In this document: in pieces, positions 48,803-61,000 of the stretch
Layout: the number at the start of each line of letters is the position of its first letter
Numbering within the stretch: position 1 is the stretch's first letter
DNA from: Azolla caroliniana
Lineage: Eukaryota; Plantae; Polypodiophyta
Direction of reading: 5' to 3'
DNA: 64,000 nucleotides
Assembly: GCA_043228905.1 (NCBI GenBank)
Contig: JBHGNT010000017.1
Span: forward strand, 18,538,001-18,602,000
The notes under the pieces: generated by a model
Told to the model about the DNA's origin: nothing
The model's database searches: none
The model's input: the letters and a program-made list of their open reading frames with translations, nothing else
Translations under genes and position numbers: made by a program

Positions 48803-51800
48803 TGTTGAGTGGCAAGCTCAACCGGACCTGGATCGGCTGAATAAGCCTGAGCCGGATCGGCATCTGGAAGGATGAGGCGAATCGATGAGCCGGTGAGCAA
48901 GCAAGCTGGTGAGTTGGGGAGCCAGTTAGCTGGATCCAGCAGTAACCGGAAGCCTAGTAGCAGCCTAGACTACTAGGTAGTTAATGTCTCGTAGTTAGTG
49001 TCAGACGCTCGTGTGATCATTGAAGTACATTGTACCTCTATCAGTCCTCGTAGGACTTATATAAATAGTGTTGTTCAAGTAGGTGAGCTGGGGAGCCGGT
49101 TAGCTGGATCCAGCAGTAACCGGAAGCCTAGTAGCAGCCTAGACTACTAGGTAGTTAATGTCTCGTAGTTAGTGTCAAACGCTCGTGTGATCATTGAAGT
49201 ACACTGTACCTCTATCAGTCCTCGTAGGACTTATATAAATAGTGTTGTTGAGCATGTTGTATGTACAGAGTTTTAGAGTTATTTTTATGTTCTACTCTTT
49301 CCTTGTCTCTCCTACGTGATAATCTCTGTTACGGGCATGACCATATAATATCCTGTGGTCAAAATTTACCGTAGTATTCTATACACGTGGATAAGTGTGA
49401 GGGTTAAACAAGAGTGTAAAGAAGGGGAGGATTACTTTTAATCCTCGGGATTGAGACAACCCATTAGGCCAAGTGTGAACATGGCTGGGGGGGGGGGGCC
49501 TTGGGTATCGCTATAAATAAGAGGCCTAGCTACCCTCATTTGATCATCTTGTTGACTACGTTGAGACTCTGTCTTGTGGTGGGTCAACTCTTGTAGTGAG
49601 CGCACCAACATCAGGTATGACTCGATGCCACAGAGGTGGTATGGGACGCCGATTGAGGCTCGAGTCCGTCTCAATCCCTTCGCTCGGGGGTGTCGAGTGG
49701 ATCGGCACCTTTCTTTCTCTCTCTCTCCTTTCTATCTATTTATCTATATTCTATCCTTATCTAATGCTTACATTAGTACATGTCTCTAATAGTTGGTATC
49801 AGAGCTCATTTTCTAATGTTTCTTTTGTTGTCTTTTGTGTTCTTGATTGATGGCGATCGATCTACGTGCGGTCGGCCTTCATGCAGACAAGGATCAACAA
49901 AGGAACTTCGGTAATCTTTCTTGTTTTTTTTTGTCTATTTTTTCTTCTCCCATCTAATCATGTGTATGGTTAATATGTAGATTTTTTTCATTAATTCAAT
50001 GATGTTGTAGTGGTAATTCATTGGTTGTATAAAACGTTTACATATGTGTATGGGTCAATACCTCATTTGACGTATATTGAATATGTGATGAGTGTCGTAT
50101 GCGCACAAGGTTAATACATCAATTGCGTATTACGTTCACAAACATATGTTACGTTTGCGTATGAGGTCAATACCTCGATTCGTTGTAAACGATATGCGTT
50201 TGGTTAAGTATGGGTAAGAGGTCAATACCTCAATTGCGTATTACGATTAACCCTTATTTTTGGATGTCTCGTGTGCGTAGGGGTATATGCCTCGATTACA
50301 TATCTTGATTACGTCATTTTTGGCTATTAAATATAACGATTTGTTTAATATAGGCATATGTGGTCACGTGTATACGTAGTTGATCGTATATATGTGATAA
50401 TATACATATGTGTATATAATTTATTACGTGATTTTAAATCGAATGTTTTCCTTTTTGGGTAAAAGGATCTTGGTGGCTGTCCTCACATTTTTGTGAGAAT
50501 AGCGTTGTCACCATCCCTTTTTTCAACAATTTTTTATTGTTGAAATCCCCGTTGGTGACTTCGATATTTCGTTACGTAAAGAAACGCCTATCGCCATAAT
50601 GATGTTGAGTACGTAGGGCTTGATCCACTTCATGTGAGGTCACTCCTATGACACACGTATCCAACATCCCTCCCTCATTACATGGATACGATGCCACCGT
50701 GAGATTATTCTTACGAGAGGCATTCGTAATGACGTGACCATGTGATGGGCCACGTGGGCCTACTACGAAAAGAGGGCTCATTTGTCTTGACCATTAGGTT
50801 GCACTTTGGCGTATGCCATCGTAATTACGAGACTTGAGGTTAGGTAACGTACCAACATAGTTGTAGTAAATGAGGGGGAAATAAGGACTCTTGACATATA
50901 TGTTTCTTTAAAAAAAACATATATGGGCATATGCCTTGCATATCTCTTATACGCATGAAACATTAAACATTCAAAGAAGAGCAATCTACTTGGTTGGCAC
51001 AAGTGTTTAATGTATTTGTTCTCGAGGTCTTGAGTTCAAATATGACCAAGATCATACAACATCATTGATACATATGACTATAACACATGTTTAGACTTAA
51101 GGTCTAAGTGCGCTTCGAGGTCCTCGTAATAGGACTTAAAGCACCAAAACATAGTTTATTGTTAACATTTTTTTCGTGTATAAACTAAACTATTCATGAC
51201 GTGAACATACATGGTTGAGCCTCGGGGAGCCGCCATGAAAAAATCGATATAGAGATCAAGGAATGACATTAAATTGTCACCCCCATGGTTTTTAAAACAC
51301 CTTTGTGTTACCATAGTAACCTGATCTTGAACCTCATCTCATACGTCTAGAGGGGTATTGACGTGAGATAATGATATCGATTAATGTTCGCCCATGATAT
51401 TTTTACATCACGACATGATGTTATGACTATCTCTTTGACCTTATCCTATTTTTTTTCCAGAAATAATCATTAAATGGCTCAAAATAATGACTCATTTAAT
51501 GGTATAACCGAAGAGCTAGTTGGCTACACTAATGCCGACTGGGCCGACGATGTATTGGATCGCTGATCCACCTCCGACTATATGTTTTCCCTTGGTAGTG
51601 CGACTGTTGTGTGGAGCAGCAAAAAGCAGCCAACAGTGGCCCTTTCGAGCACTGAGGCTGAACACCAGGGCGCTACCATTGCCACCTGTGAAGCCATTTG
51701 GCTTCGACGACTGCTGCAAGACCTGCGGATCGAGGTACCGACCCCGATCCTGATCTACTAAGACAACATAAGCAACATGCAGCTCACCAAGAATCCCGTA

Positions 51801-52992
51801 TTCCATGCTCGCACAAAGCACGTAGAGGTGCACTACCACTTCGTGCGTGAGCGTGTCCTGAGCGGTGAAGTCGAACTTCGGTATGTTCATACGGATCGGC
51901 AAGTTGCCGACATCTTCACCAAACCGTTCGGATCGGACAAGTTGTAGCGCTTCACCGAAATGCTTGGTGTTCAGCATCTCGACGTGCTACACTTGAGGGG
52001 GAGAACAGGCAAAGACACCGGAATGGGCAAAGGCAAAGAAATTGTCGTTACGTCGGTGAGGGAAGAACTGACAAAGGGGGAGACAAGAAGAAGGAAGGAG
52101 CCGAGTCGACAAAGGAAGTTCACACATCCGAACATGTCGGAACAAGCGGCAGCGGCGAAGAGTCAAGAAGGACATAGCTGATCGGAAGAAGATGGCCAAG
52201 ACTCGGACATGGTCCAATGTGGTGAAGGGCTTGGAACCAGAAGAAAAATCGGGAGCAACCGATTCAGACAAGTGTTGGAACGAATCGGAGACAACCGATT
52301 CGGTTCAACAGACGGATTCAGAAGAACCAGATCAATTCAAGGCCAAGAGGACGAGAAGGGAGCAAAAGTCGATGCCAACACGAGGGAATCGGCGAATCGG
52401 CAAGTGCCGAAGTCACAACAGCGAGGGAGCTGAATTGGGCCTGTTGAGCAGACAAGCCGACCGAGGAGGTCGAGGTGCGCAGAATCATAAGGGTTGCGAC
52501 CGGACCGGACGAGGAGCGTAAGCGAGGCGGAGTGACGCCAGAAGGAGCCAAGTGGAAGAACCAGCTGCCATGGAGACTGACACTACGATCCGACCTCACG
52601 TTGAGCTTGAGGGGGAGTGTTGAGCGGCAATCTCAACCGGATCCGGATCGGCTGAATAAGCCTGATCCGAATTGGTGAGCCGGTGAGCCGGTTAGCCGGA
52701 TCTAGTAGTAACTGGAAGCCTAGTAGCAGCCTAGACTACTAGGTAGTTAATGTGTCGTAGTTAGTGTCAAACGCTCGTGTGATCATTGAAGTACACTGTA
52801 CCTCTATTAGTTCTCATAGGACTTATATAAATTTGTGTTGTTGAGCACGTTGTATGTACAGAGTTTTAGAGTTATTTTGAATAGAGTTTTTATGTTTTGC
52901 TCTTTCATTGTCTCTCTTGCGCGATAATCTCTCTCTCTGTTGCTACCCGGCTAGGCCGGTTTGTCTGACGCTTCCGCACATAATCTTTTACA
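48803..52992 (+). mobile_element. Internally deleted Copia B-type element inserted in the integrase of chromovirus T
   Basis: Perfect TSD GTAGC (48798-48802, 52993-52997). 5' LTR from 48803, 3' LTR 52618..52992. Only RNase H (LVGYTNADWA..KHVEVHYHFVRE) and the 3' extension remain. Confidence 0.93.
49327..51510 (+). mobile_element. LTR, PBS and long non-coding leader of another LTR element (family F, probably Copia)
   Basis: TGTTAC at 49327, TATAAATA at ~49512, LTR end ~49791, tRNA-iMet PBS TGGTATCAGAGC 49794-49805, then ~1.7 kb with no recognisable gag, fused to Copia B RNase H. Confidence 0.75.
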
Positions 52993-54062
52993 GTAGCTAA
53001 GTGAGCACCGCAAGTATTGTTCCAAGATTTGGTTAACCCACTCTGTTTGTCCATCGGTTTGCAGATGATAGGCGGAAGGTAGATTCATAGTACAACCGAA
53101 GGTTTGCAAAAGGCGCCGCCAGAAATTGGAGTGGTACTCGATCAAAAGTGATATCGTCCGGGAGTCCATGTAGTCGAACCACATTTTTGAAAAACAAATT
53201 AGTTGTCTCCTCTCTGGTAATGGTTTTGGTACATGGAGCGAAATGAGCCATCTTGGTGAAGCGATTGACCATGAAGAACACTGAGTCATAGCCACCAACA
53301 AAAGGAAGGTTAGTGATGAAATCCATGGAAAGAGAGGCCGAAGGCCATTTGGGGATTGGGAGAGGGTGAAGGAGACCATATGGTTGATGATGAGATGCTT
53401 TAGAGCGACACAAACGTCGTATGATTTAACGAACTCCTTGACCAATTTCCATGGTTGTGGCCTCCAGTACCCCCGAGATATCAACTCCAAGGTTTTCGCA
53501 ATGCCAAAATGACCAACAAGTGGATCATCGTTACACTCGTGATCCGACAGGGACCTTCTGGGACATACAAAAGATTATCTTGAATTGTAAACCAAGCTAA
53601 ATCGGGCCTTTTGGGTTCATGGGAGGGGTTTGTGATACTTGCTTTGACCTTTGTGGCGAATTTGTCAGTCGTAGTGGCTTTTGCTATTTGCTTGAGCAAA
53701 GAGTCATCCCGGAGCAAGCAAGTCGCGAAGTTGTAGAATTGGTCACGCTTTAACAAACTCTGGAACTGTTGAACATAGGCTTCATCCTCCGGAGTGAGCT
53801 TGAACTCAAACCGACGGGATAAGACATTGGCCGTCGTGTGTTGATCGTCGGGTCGAAAGATTATCTCAAAATCATAATCTGCCAAGAATGTTGACCATCG
53901 CACATGTGTACGATTTAAGGTTCGTGTGGTAGAAAAGCATATTAGATTTTTGTGATTGGTAATCACTTGGATACGATGTTGCGCCCTGGCTAAATACGGT
54001 CTCCATTCGTCAAAAGAAGCAATAATAGCGAGAAGATCCTTGTCGTTTATGGGGTAGTTGAG

Positions 54063-55409
54063 TTATGGGGCCATGAATTTGCGGGAATAGTAAGCCACCG
54101 GGTGAAACACACGGACCTCATATGGCTGGGAGAGGGTCGCCCCAATGGTGAAATCGGAAGCATCCGTTTCGACTTGAAAAGGCTTAGTGGGGTCAGGATG
54201 TAAGAGGATTGGTGCCATAGTAAAGGCTTGTTTCAGCAAGTCGAACGCCTTTTGTGCAATTGTTGTCCATTTGAAAGTAGCATCCTTGCGGGTAAGAGCA
54301 ATGAGAGGTTGTGCAATCACTGAGAATCCTTTGATGAAGCGACGATAAAAATTGGTAAAACCAAGGAATGATTGCACATCTCGTACCCGTGTTGGGACAA
54401 CCCACTCTTGGATAGTCTTGACTTTCCGTGTGTCCATTGTGATTCCTTGTGTCGAAATGACATATCCAAGAAACTCTACAGAAGTACGATCAAATTCACA
54501 TTTTTCACTTTTAGCATAGAGTCCAAGCTTGTGAAGTTTGGCAACAACAAACCTGACATGTCGAGTATGCTCCTTTATGTTCGAAGAGAAGACCAAGATA
54601 TCATCTAGATAGATCACAAGAAAGTGATCTAGATATTCTCGGAAGATGTCATTCATCATATGTTGAAATACTGCAGGAGCATTAGTGAGGCCGAAAGGCA
54701 TTACCTTATACTCGAAATGACCATAGCGCGTTCTAAAGGCAGTTTTCCATTCATCTCCAGGTTTGATTTGTACTAGATTGTATGCTCCTCGTAGGTCAAT
54801 CTTAGAGGAGATCCTCCCAGGTCGGAGTCGATCCAACAACTTTGGGATGAGAGGTAGTGGGTAATGGTTGTGAACAGAAATCTTGTTTAGACCCCGATAG
54901 TCGACGCAGAGGCATAAGGAGCCATCTTTCTTTTTCACGAACAAAATATGAGCTCCTGCTAGTGATTTTGAGGGTTGAATAAAACCCTTTTCAAGGTTCT
55001 CGTCGAGATGAGTTCGGAGTGCCTGGAGTTCTGGTTCTGACAACCCATAAATTGGGCCAAAGGGAGGACTGGCACCTTCTTGCAAATCAATCAGACAGTC
55101 GTAGTGTCGATGCTCAGGCAAGTGATCAACATTCTTTTTCTCAAACACGTCCTTGAAGTCTTCATACTTGGACGATAGTGAGTCAATAGTTGTCTTCATT
55201 GGATTGCTCGACTCAAAGGCACTATGCACTATTTTCCTTGTTGTGACTGGGATGTGAGCATCCACCTTGGAGCTAATTCCTGCTTTAATGGGAGGGTGAG
55301 CGCCTGCTGCAACATAAGATACTGCTTGCACCTCCGAGTTGGTTTGGGAGAAAGTAATTGAGTGATTGCGGCAATCAACAAGTGGATTCTGTGCCTTCAA
55401 CCAAGACAA
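54063..55409 (-). CDS. Gypsy reverse transcriptase / RNase H N-terminus (open segment of chromovirus T Pol)
   Basis: CVDYRGLN, KIDLRGAYNL, WKTAFRTRYGHFEYKVMPFGLTNAPA, YLDDIL, ETDASD. Followed by a premature stop. Confidence 0.92.
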   Translation of the reverse strand: MSWLKAQNPLVDCRNHSITFSQTNSEVQAVSYVAAGAHPPIKAGISSKVDAHIPVTTRKIVHSAFESSNPMKTTIDSLSSKYEDFKDVFEKKNVDHLPEHRHYDCLIDLQEGASPPFGPIYGLSEPELQALRTHLDENLEKGFIQPSKSLAGAHILFVKKKDGSLCLCVDYRGLNKISVHNHYPLPLIPKLLDRLRPGRISSKIDLRGAYNLVQIKPGDEWKTAFRTRYGHFEYKVMPFGLTNAPAVFQHMMNDIFREYLDHFLVIYLDDILVFSSNIKEHTRHVRFVVAKLHKLGLYAKSEKCEFDRTSVEFLGYVISTQGITMDTRKVKTIQEWVVPTRVRDVQSFLGFTNFYRRFIKGFSVIAQPLIALTRKDATFKWTTIAQKAFDLLKQAFTMAPILLHPDPTKPFQVETDASDFTIGATLSQPYEVRVFHPVAYYSRKFMAP

Positions 55410-55425
55410 ACCAAGGATGACCGGA

Positions 55426-56786
55426 TGTCACGGTGTTGCGAAAATACGACGAGGATACGTGAACGTTGAGGTAAGACCCCAAGCCCTTTGACTAGAGGAT
55501 ATCAAATTCGTGTATTTATATACTAAGAATTAACCGAAATGAGAAAGATTAACAAATTTCATTAACAAGTAGAAAGAAAGATTACAATTAATCCCAAGAT
55601 TGGGATTACAAAAAGTTTGCTAATGGAGATGGCTAGAGTAATAGATTAGAGGAAATTAAGATACGAATTCTATAGAAAATTAGGGTTTTTGGCTTTGATA
55701 AGAGATTATGGTTTTATGAGTTGAATAACTTCCGTATGGAAATTTAGGGTTATGAGTAAGATATGGATTCCGTAAGGAAATTAGGGTTTTACTTGAGAGA
55801 TATGGCTTTGATAAGATAGGGGAGCTCTCAAAGAAAAGAAAAAAATTAAGATAATATGGAGAGAGTCTATATAGGAAAAAAAAATGGAATATATATGGTG
55901 TTCCCCGTTGATCATATGCATGTCTACTTTTTGTTGCATGGCCTCTACTTTTAGTTGCATAGCTTCTTCTTTTAGTTGCATCTATTTTTAGTTGCATGGC
56001 TTTTTCTTTTAGTTGCATGCGACCGTCCACATGACCTTTACTTTTTGCATGCACTCCAACTTTAGTTGCTTGCGTCCACATGGCCTTTACTTTAGTTCTC
56101 TTCACTTTACTTTAGTTTGTTGCATGATCCAATCTTCCGTCCATCCGCGTCCAACCTCGTCCGATAGCCGGTTCCGCCCGATCGCCGAATCCCTTGCCGA
56201 CTGGTTCCATTTTGCTTGTCGGTCGGTTCCGGTTCCGATTTTGCTTGCCGGCCAGTTCCGGTTCCGGTTTGCTTGCCGATTCCGATTCCAGTTTTGCTTA
56301 TCAGCCGGTTTCCGGTTTGCATACCGGCCGGTTTCCGATTCCGGTTCCGGTTTTGCTTACCGGCCTGTTTTTGGTTTGCATACCGACTGGTTTTCGAATT
56401 TGCTTATCGGACCAATTTCCGGATTTGCTTATCGGCCAGTTTTCGGATTTGTTTACCGACCGGTTTCCGGTTTTAGGGAATTTTGCCACCATCATCCATC
56501 AAGACAAAGTGGCCAAAGTGCTCTTAGCACAAATGGAAAATGAGGGAGCTCAAGGTGCTTATATAGCCAGGGCCTTAACTTTCCTATCTATGTGGGATAG
56601 TTCTAATTTCCATATCTTCTCAAACTTTATTTTCACATAACTTGATATGTATTTCTCTATTTTGTATATAGTAAAATACGTTTTGAAGCTCTTGAGTATA
56701 TCCATCTTTCTATAGCAAGATACTAATCTAATCTATAATAATTATTTCATTATTTTTTTACATAGTGTGTGAAGATTCACACGACA
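55426..56786. mobile_element. Probable solo LTR (1361 bp) with two minisatellite arrays, inserted in the protease of chromovirus T
   Basis: TGTC...GACA termini splitting YVITSP|PVILGLSW. Arrays at ~55915-56125 (TTTTAGTTGCAT) and ~56190-56475 (CCGGTTTCCGGTTTGC). TSD is poor (CCGGA/ACGGT). Confidence 0.7.
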
Positions 56787-58091
56787 ACGGTGAAGTGATA
56801 ACATAATACGTTAAGGCCTCCTGGTGGTCCCCGAGCTGTAAGATAAGTGGGGCAGTGGCTTCGGTGACTGCACCCGAAGAAAGCACACGTCCATCAATAG
56901 CCTCCACGGGGATTGGCTTGGACAATCAAACAACCGGAAATTTGTGTTTATGAACGAACCTTTTGTCCATAAAACATGTTGTTGCCCTAGAATCGAGAAG
57001 TGCTAAGGACCTAATTGAAATTGACTTGAAATGGATGCTTACCGGAAAGGAGAAATATTTTGTAGATGTAGCCGAACTATGGGAGCGACATGAATGCGTA
57101 TTGTCCAACCACATGGCTCCTACTATAGTTGGACACCGTCATTTTCCGGTTGTTGGGGCTGTCTTGTCGTATTGTTTGTAGATATTTTTCGTTGATTATT
57201 CTTGATTGGGCAAAAATGAATTAGATGGGTGGATGCACCACAATATAAACATAGTTTGTTGGTTTGGTGATACCTCCGTTCGACCTCGATGAGTGGCGGG
57301 GTGCAAGCTCGATTAATTTCCATCGGCACGTGGTCATCGTACGGTAACAATGGAGAAGATCTAGATGAGGGTTGCCACCTTGAAGTTGCTCATTCCTCTT
57401 GATGAAGCTCAAACAACCGATTGTCACAAGTAACTGCTTGCGTGATGCCTTGCGACAATGACGTAGGCTCCGGAAAGTTTAGTAAATTTTTAATCTCGCT
57501 TCGAAGGCCCCGACGAAAATGGTCGTAGAGCGCTTGGCCATCCCACTGAACATCACATGCTAATTGTCTAAATTCAGAGGCATAAACGGATATCGAACGC
57601 ATACCTTGATGTAATGAATAAATTTTAGTAATGGCAGTTCAACGTCGGTTTGTATCCCCAAATGTTGCCTCAAACTCTGCTAGAAAGGTAGGAAAATTTT
57701 GTAGAAGTGGTGATGAAGTTTTGACCAACGGTGCAAACCACACTTGTGTAGCTCTTGAGAGACGGGTCCAAACGAGAACAACTTGACGAAAATCATCCAC
57801 ATACCATTGAGGTTGTAGTTGGATAATAAGCTTGATCTGATTTATGAACCTTCAGAAGTGCTTCCTCGTGCCATCGAACTTGTCAGGTAAACTAATCCTG
57901 GGCTCCATACTTGTAGTGGGATGGGGAGGAGTTGGAGAAAGCCTAGACGAGGAACCAAGCTTTATAGGTAGAACATTTGTTGATGTAGGAGGAGAGTTGT
58001 TTTTTTCTTCGAGTTCCATCGGTGTTCCAACATGAAGCTTCTGTAACGATTCCCAAATGTTGTCATTCTCAAGTTGAAGTTGATGCATGGC

Positions 58092-61000
58092 TATAGAGAA
58101 TAACGCAGAATATTGCTCGGCCACAACCGAGTCTTGAATCACTTCAATAGGAATGGAACACAGAAATGGGAAGTAGAGAGTAGACAAAAGAAATACACAT
58201 GATGTTTACGTGGAAAACCCAAATAGGGAAAATCCACTGGAGCCCACAGACTCCAAACTATCACTATATGAGAAAGGTACAATCAGAGTCTCAGAGGCAA
58301 CGATCTCGAGCTTTGTATCTTCGCCAACTGCATTCTAGTGCTCTCTTCCGGGATTACTCAGGAACCGGCTCACCACTCCGACTGCATATTCGATATCCGA
58401 CAGGGTACATACCATCGCGTACATCAAGCTCCCGAGGGTAGAGGCAATGGTATCTTCATCATATCCGTCTTCTTCGCCTTTGTCCTCGGGCTTCGTTTTC
58501 CGAATAGCTTGCAATTTCCGGAGTGTCGATCCCACCGGTTTCGCCTCTGACATGTTGAACCATTGAAGCACCTTTGTCACATACTTCTCCTGTGACAACC
58601 ACAACAATTTCTGAGACCGGTCCCGGATGATGTGCATTCCCAATATATGTCTTGCCAGCCCCAAGTCTTTCATTGAGAAGGTCGGGTTCAGAGCCTTCTT
58701 CAGCATCCGAATCTTGCCTTGGTCTCGTCTGACGATCAACATATCATCCACATATAGGAGGAGTATCAGGAAATCTCCTCCATCAAATTTCTTCACAAAC
58801 ACGCAGTGATCGGCCTGTGTCTTGTGGTACCCTTGGACGGTCATGAAGGAGTCGAACTTCTGGTACCATTGCCGGGGAGCTTGCTTCAGTTCGTATATGC
58901 TCTTCTTCAGCTGGCACACTAGGTGCTCCTTCCCTTTCTTCTCAAATCCTTCCGGTTGATGCATGTAAATCTCTTCTTAGAGGTCACCATGGAGGACTGC
59001 CGTCTTCACATCCATTTGCTCTACCTCGAGGTCCATGCTTGCCGCTATGCCCAATACTGTCCGGATGGATGTCATATTTACTACCGGGGCAAAGATCTCA
59101 TCGAAGTCCACTCCTTTCTTCTGTTGGAAGCCCTTCACCACGATTCAGGCCTTATACCTTGCTGGATTTCCGGCATCTCCCAGTTTCAACTTGTACACCC
59201 ACTTGTTCCGGAGTGCTCTCTTCCCTTTCGGTAACTCCATCAGTTCATATGTGTGGTTCTCATGCAAGGAATCCATCTCGTCCTACATGGCACTCAACCA
59301 CTTGTTGTGGGTGTCTCTCTTTGCTTCTTCAAACCTTTCCGGCTCCCCCTCATCGGTTAGCAACACATTCTCTGCATTCAGAAATCTTTGGGGGGCTCTT
59401 CTCTCTCAGAGAGGATATCTCCGTCCTTGGTTTCTGACTACTGGTTCCTCCGTTTGTTCTAAATCCGAATCTGATTCGGGATCTTGTCTGGTTCTGGTGT
59501 CTTCTTCTTCTTCTTCTTCTTCTTCTTCTTCGGTCGGTTTGGTTTCTTGTTCGTATCCGGCTGGTTCGTTGAGTGTCATTCGGTTTTCAACCGGGTAGGT
59601 CCTTGTGTCCTCAGAACGGTTTTCATCGGATGATCCGGAGTTTACCATCTTCTTCTTCGACTCCCAGTCGTCAATAGTCCTATCTTCCATGAAGACTATG
59701 TCCCGACTCCGGAACACCTTCTTGTCGACCATATCCACACCCGGTAACCGAACTCATCATCGCCATATCCAAGGAATATGCATGGCTTGGACTTCGGATA
59801 TAACTTTGTTGTCTTGTCCTTTGCAACATGCACATATGCGAGATACCCAAACACCTTCAGATGCCGGTAAGATACATCTTTACAAGTCCATACTTTTTGA
59901 GGTGAGTCTCCTTCCAAGGGTGCTGAGGGTGATCTATTTATCACATAGGTCTTCGTCTTCAGCGCCTCATCCCAAAACGTCTTGGGTAACTTTGCATGTG
60001 CTGGCATGCTCAAGACTCTCCATTACGGTCCGGTTCATTCTTTTGGCCAACCCGTTTAGTTCCGGCGTCTTAGGCACAGTAAACTCGAGCCGGATTCCCT
60101 TCGACTGGTAGTACTCCTCGAACTACCCCTGGTATTCTCCTCTGTTATCTGCTCGAACCGCCTTCAGCTTCCAGCTGGTTTCTCTTTCCACTCTCGCGTG
60201 GAGCTCCTTGAAGACGGATAGCACCTTATCCTTCGTCTTCAATGGTGAGACCCATAGCTTCCGACTCTGGTCATCGATGAACATCACGAAGTACTGCGAT
60301 CCAACATGTGACTTCGTGTCCACTTGACACACATCGGTATGCACCAGTTCCAGTGGTGCATTCCGTCTCATCGGTGGTCTTGACCGGAAGAAGGTTCGGT
60401 TTTGCTTGCCGGCCAAGCAATCGGTGCACTTCTCAAGTTGTACTTCCTTTACCAGAAGGAGGTTGTCTTCGTCAAGCCTCTTCATCCCCTTCACACTCAT
60501 GTGACATAGTCTTTTGTGCCACAGATCACCGATAGTGTCAGATGCTACGTTCTCTTCTTCTCGGCATATCCGGGCATTCATCAAGTACAATGTGTTGATC
60601 TTCCAGGCTCAGGCCACTATTAGGCTCCCTTTGCTGAACTTCATGACTCCGTTCCGGATGCCACCCATGTAGCCTTCATCATCTTGCGGATCGGCTGATA
60701 TCAGATTCAGTCGAACCTCCGGAACGTGTCGGACATCCTTCAGTAGCAACTTGCATCCGGTTAATGTCGTCAACAACACATCTCCTATGTCGACAATTCA
60801 GCATGTACCTTCATTCTGCATACGGACACAACCATGATCACCGGCTATGTAGGATGAGAAGCATTTCCAATCCGGTGTCAAGTGGAACGACGCTCCGGAA
60901 TTGACAACCCACGTTGTCTTGTCGTCGACAAGGTTTAACTCATTCTCTTTGGTAATGAGAATTAGTTCTTCTTCACTTGTCGCGATTGTCGACGTTCCCT

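Noticed and set aside
49327-49791. Retrozyme hammerhead or Cassandra 5S segment in LTR F
   Set aside because: No CTGATGA/GAAA core and no recognisable 5S A/C-box sequence by eye.
50045-50310. CRISPR array
   Set aside because: Eukaryotic retroelement leader, degenerate repeats, partly related linkers, no cas genes.
56013-56640. Overlapping 70-176 aa ORFs
   Set aside because: Produced by the stop-free CCGG minisatellite; no domain similarity.
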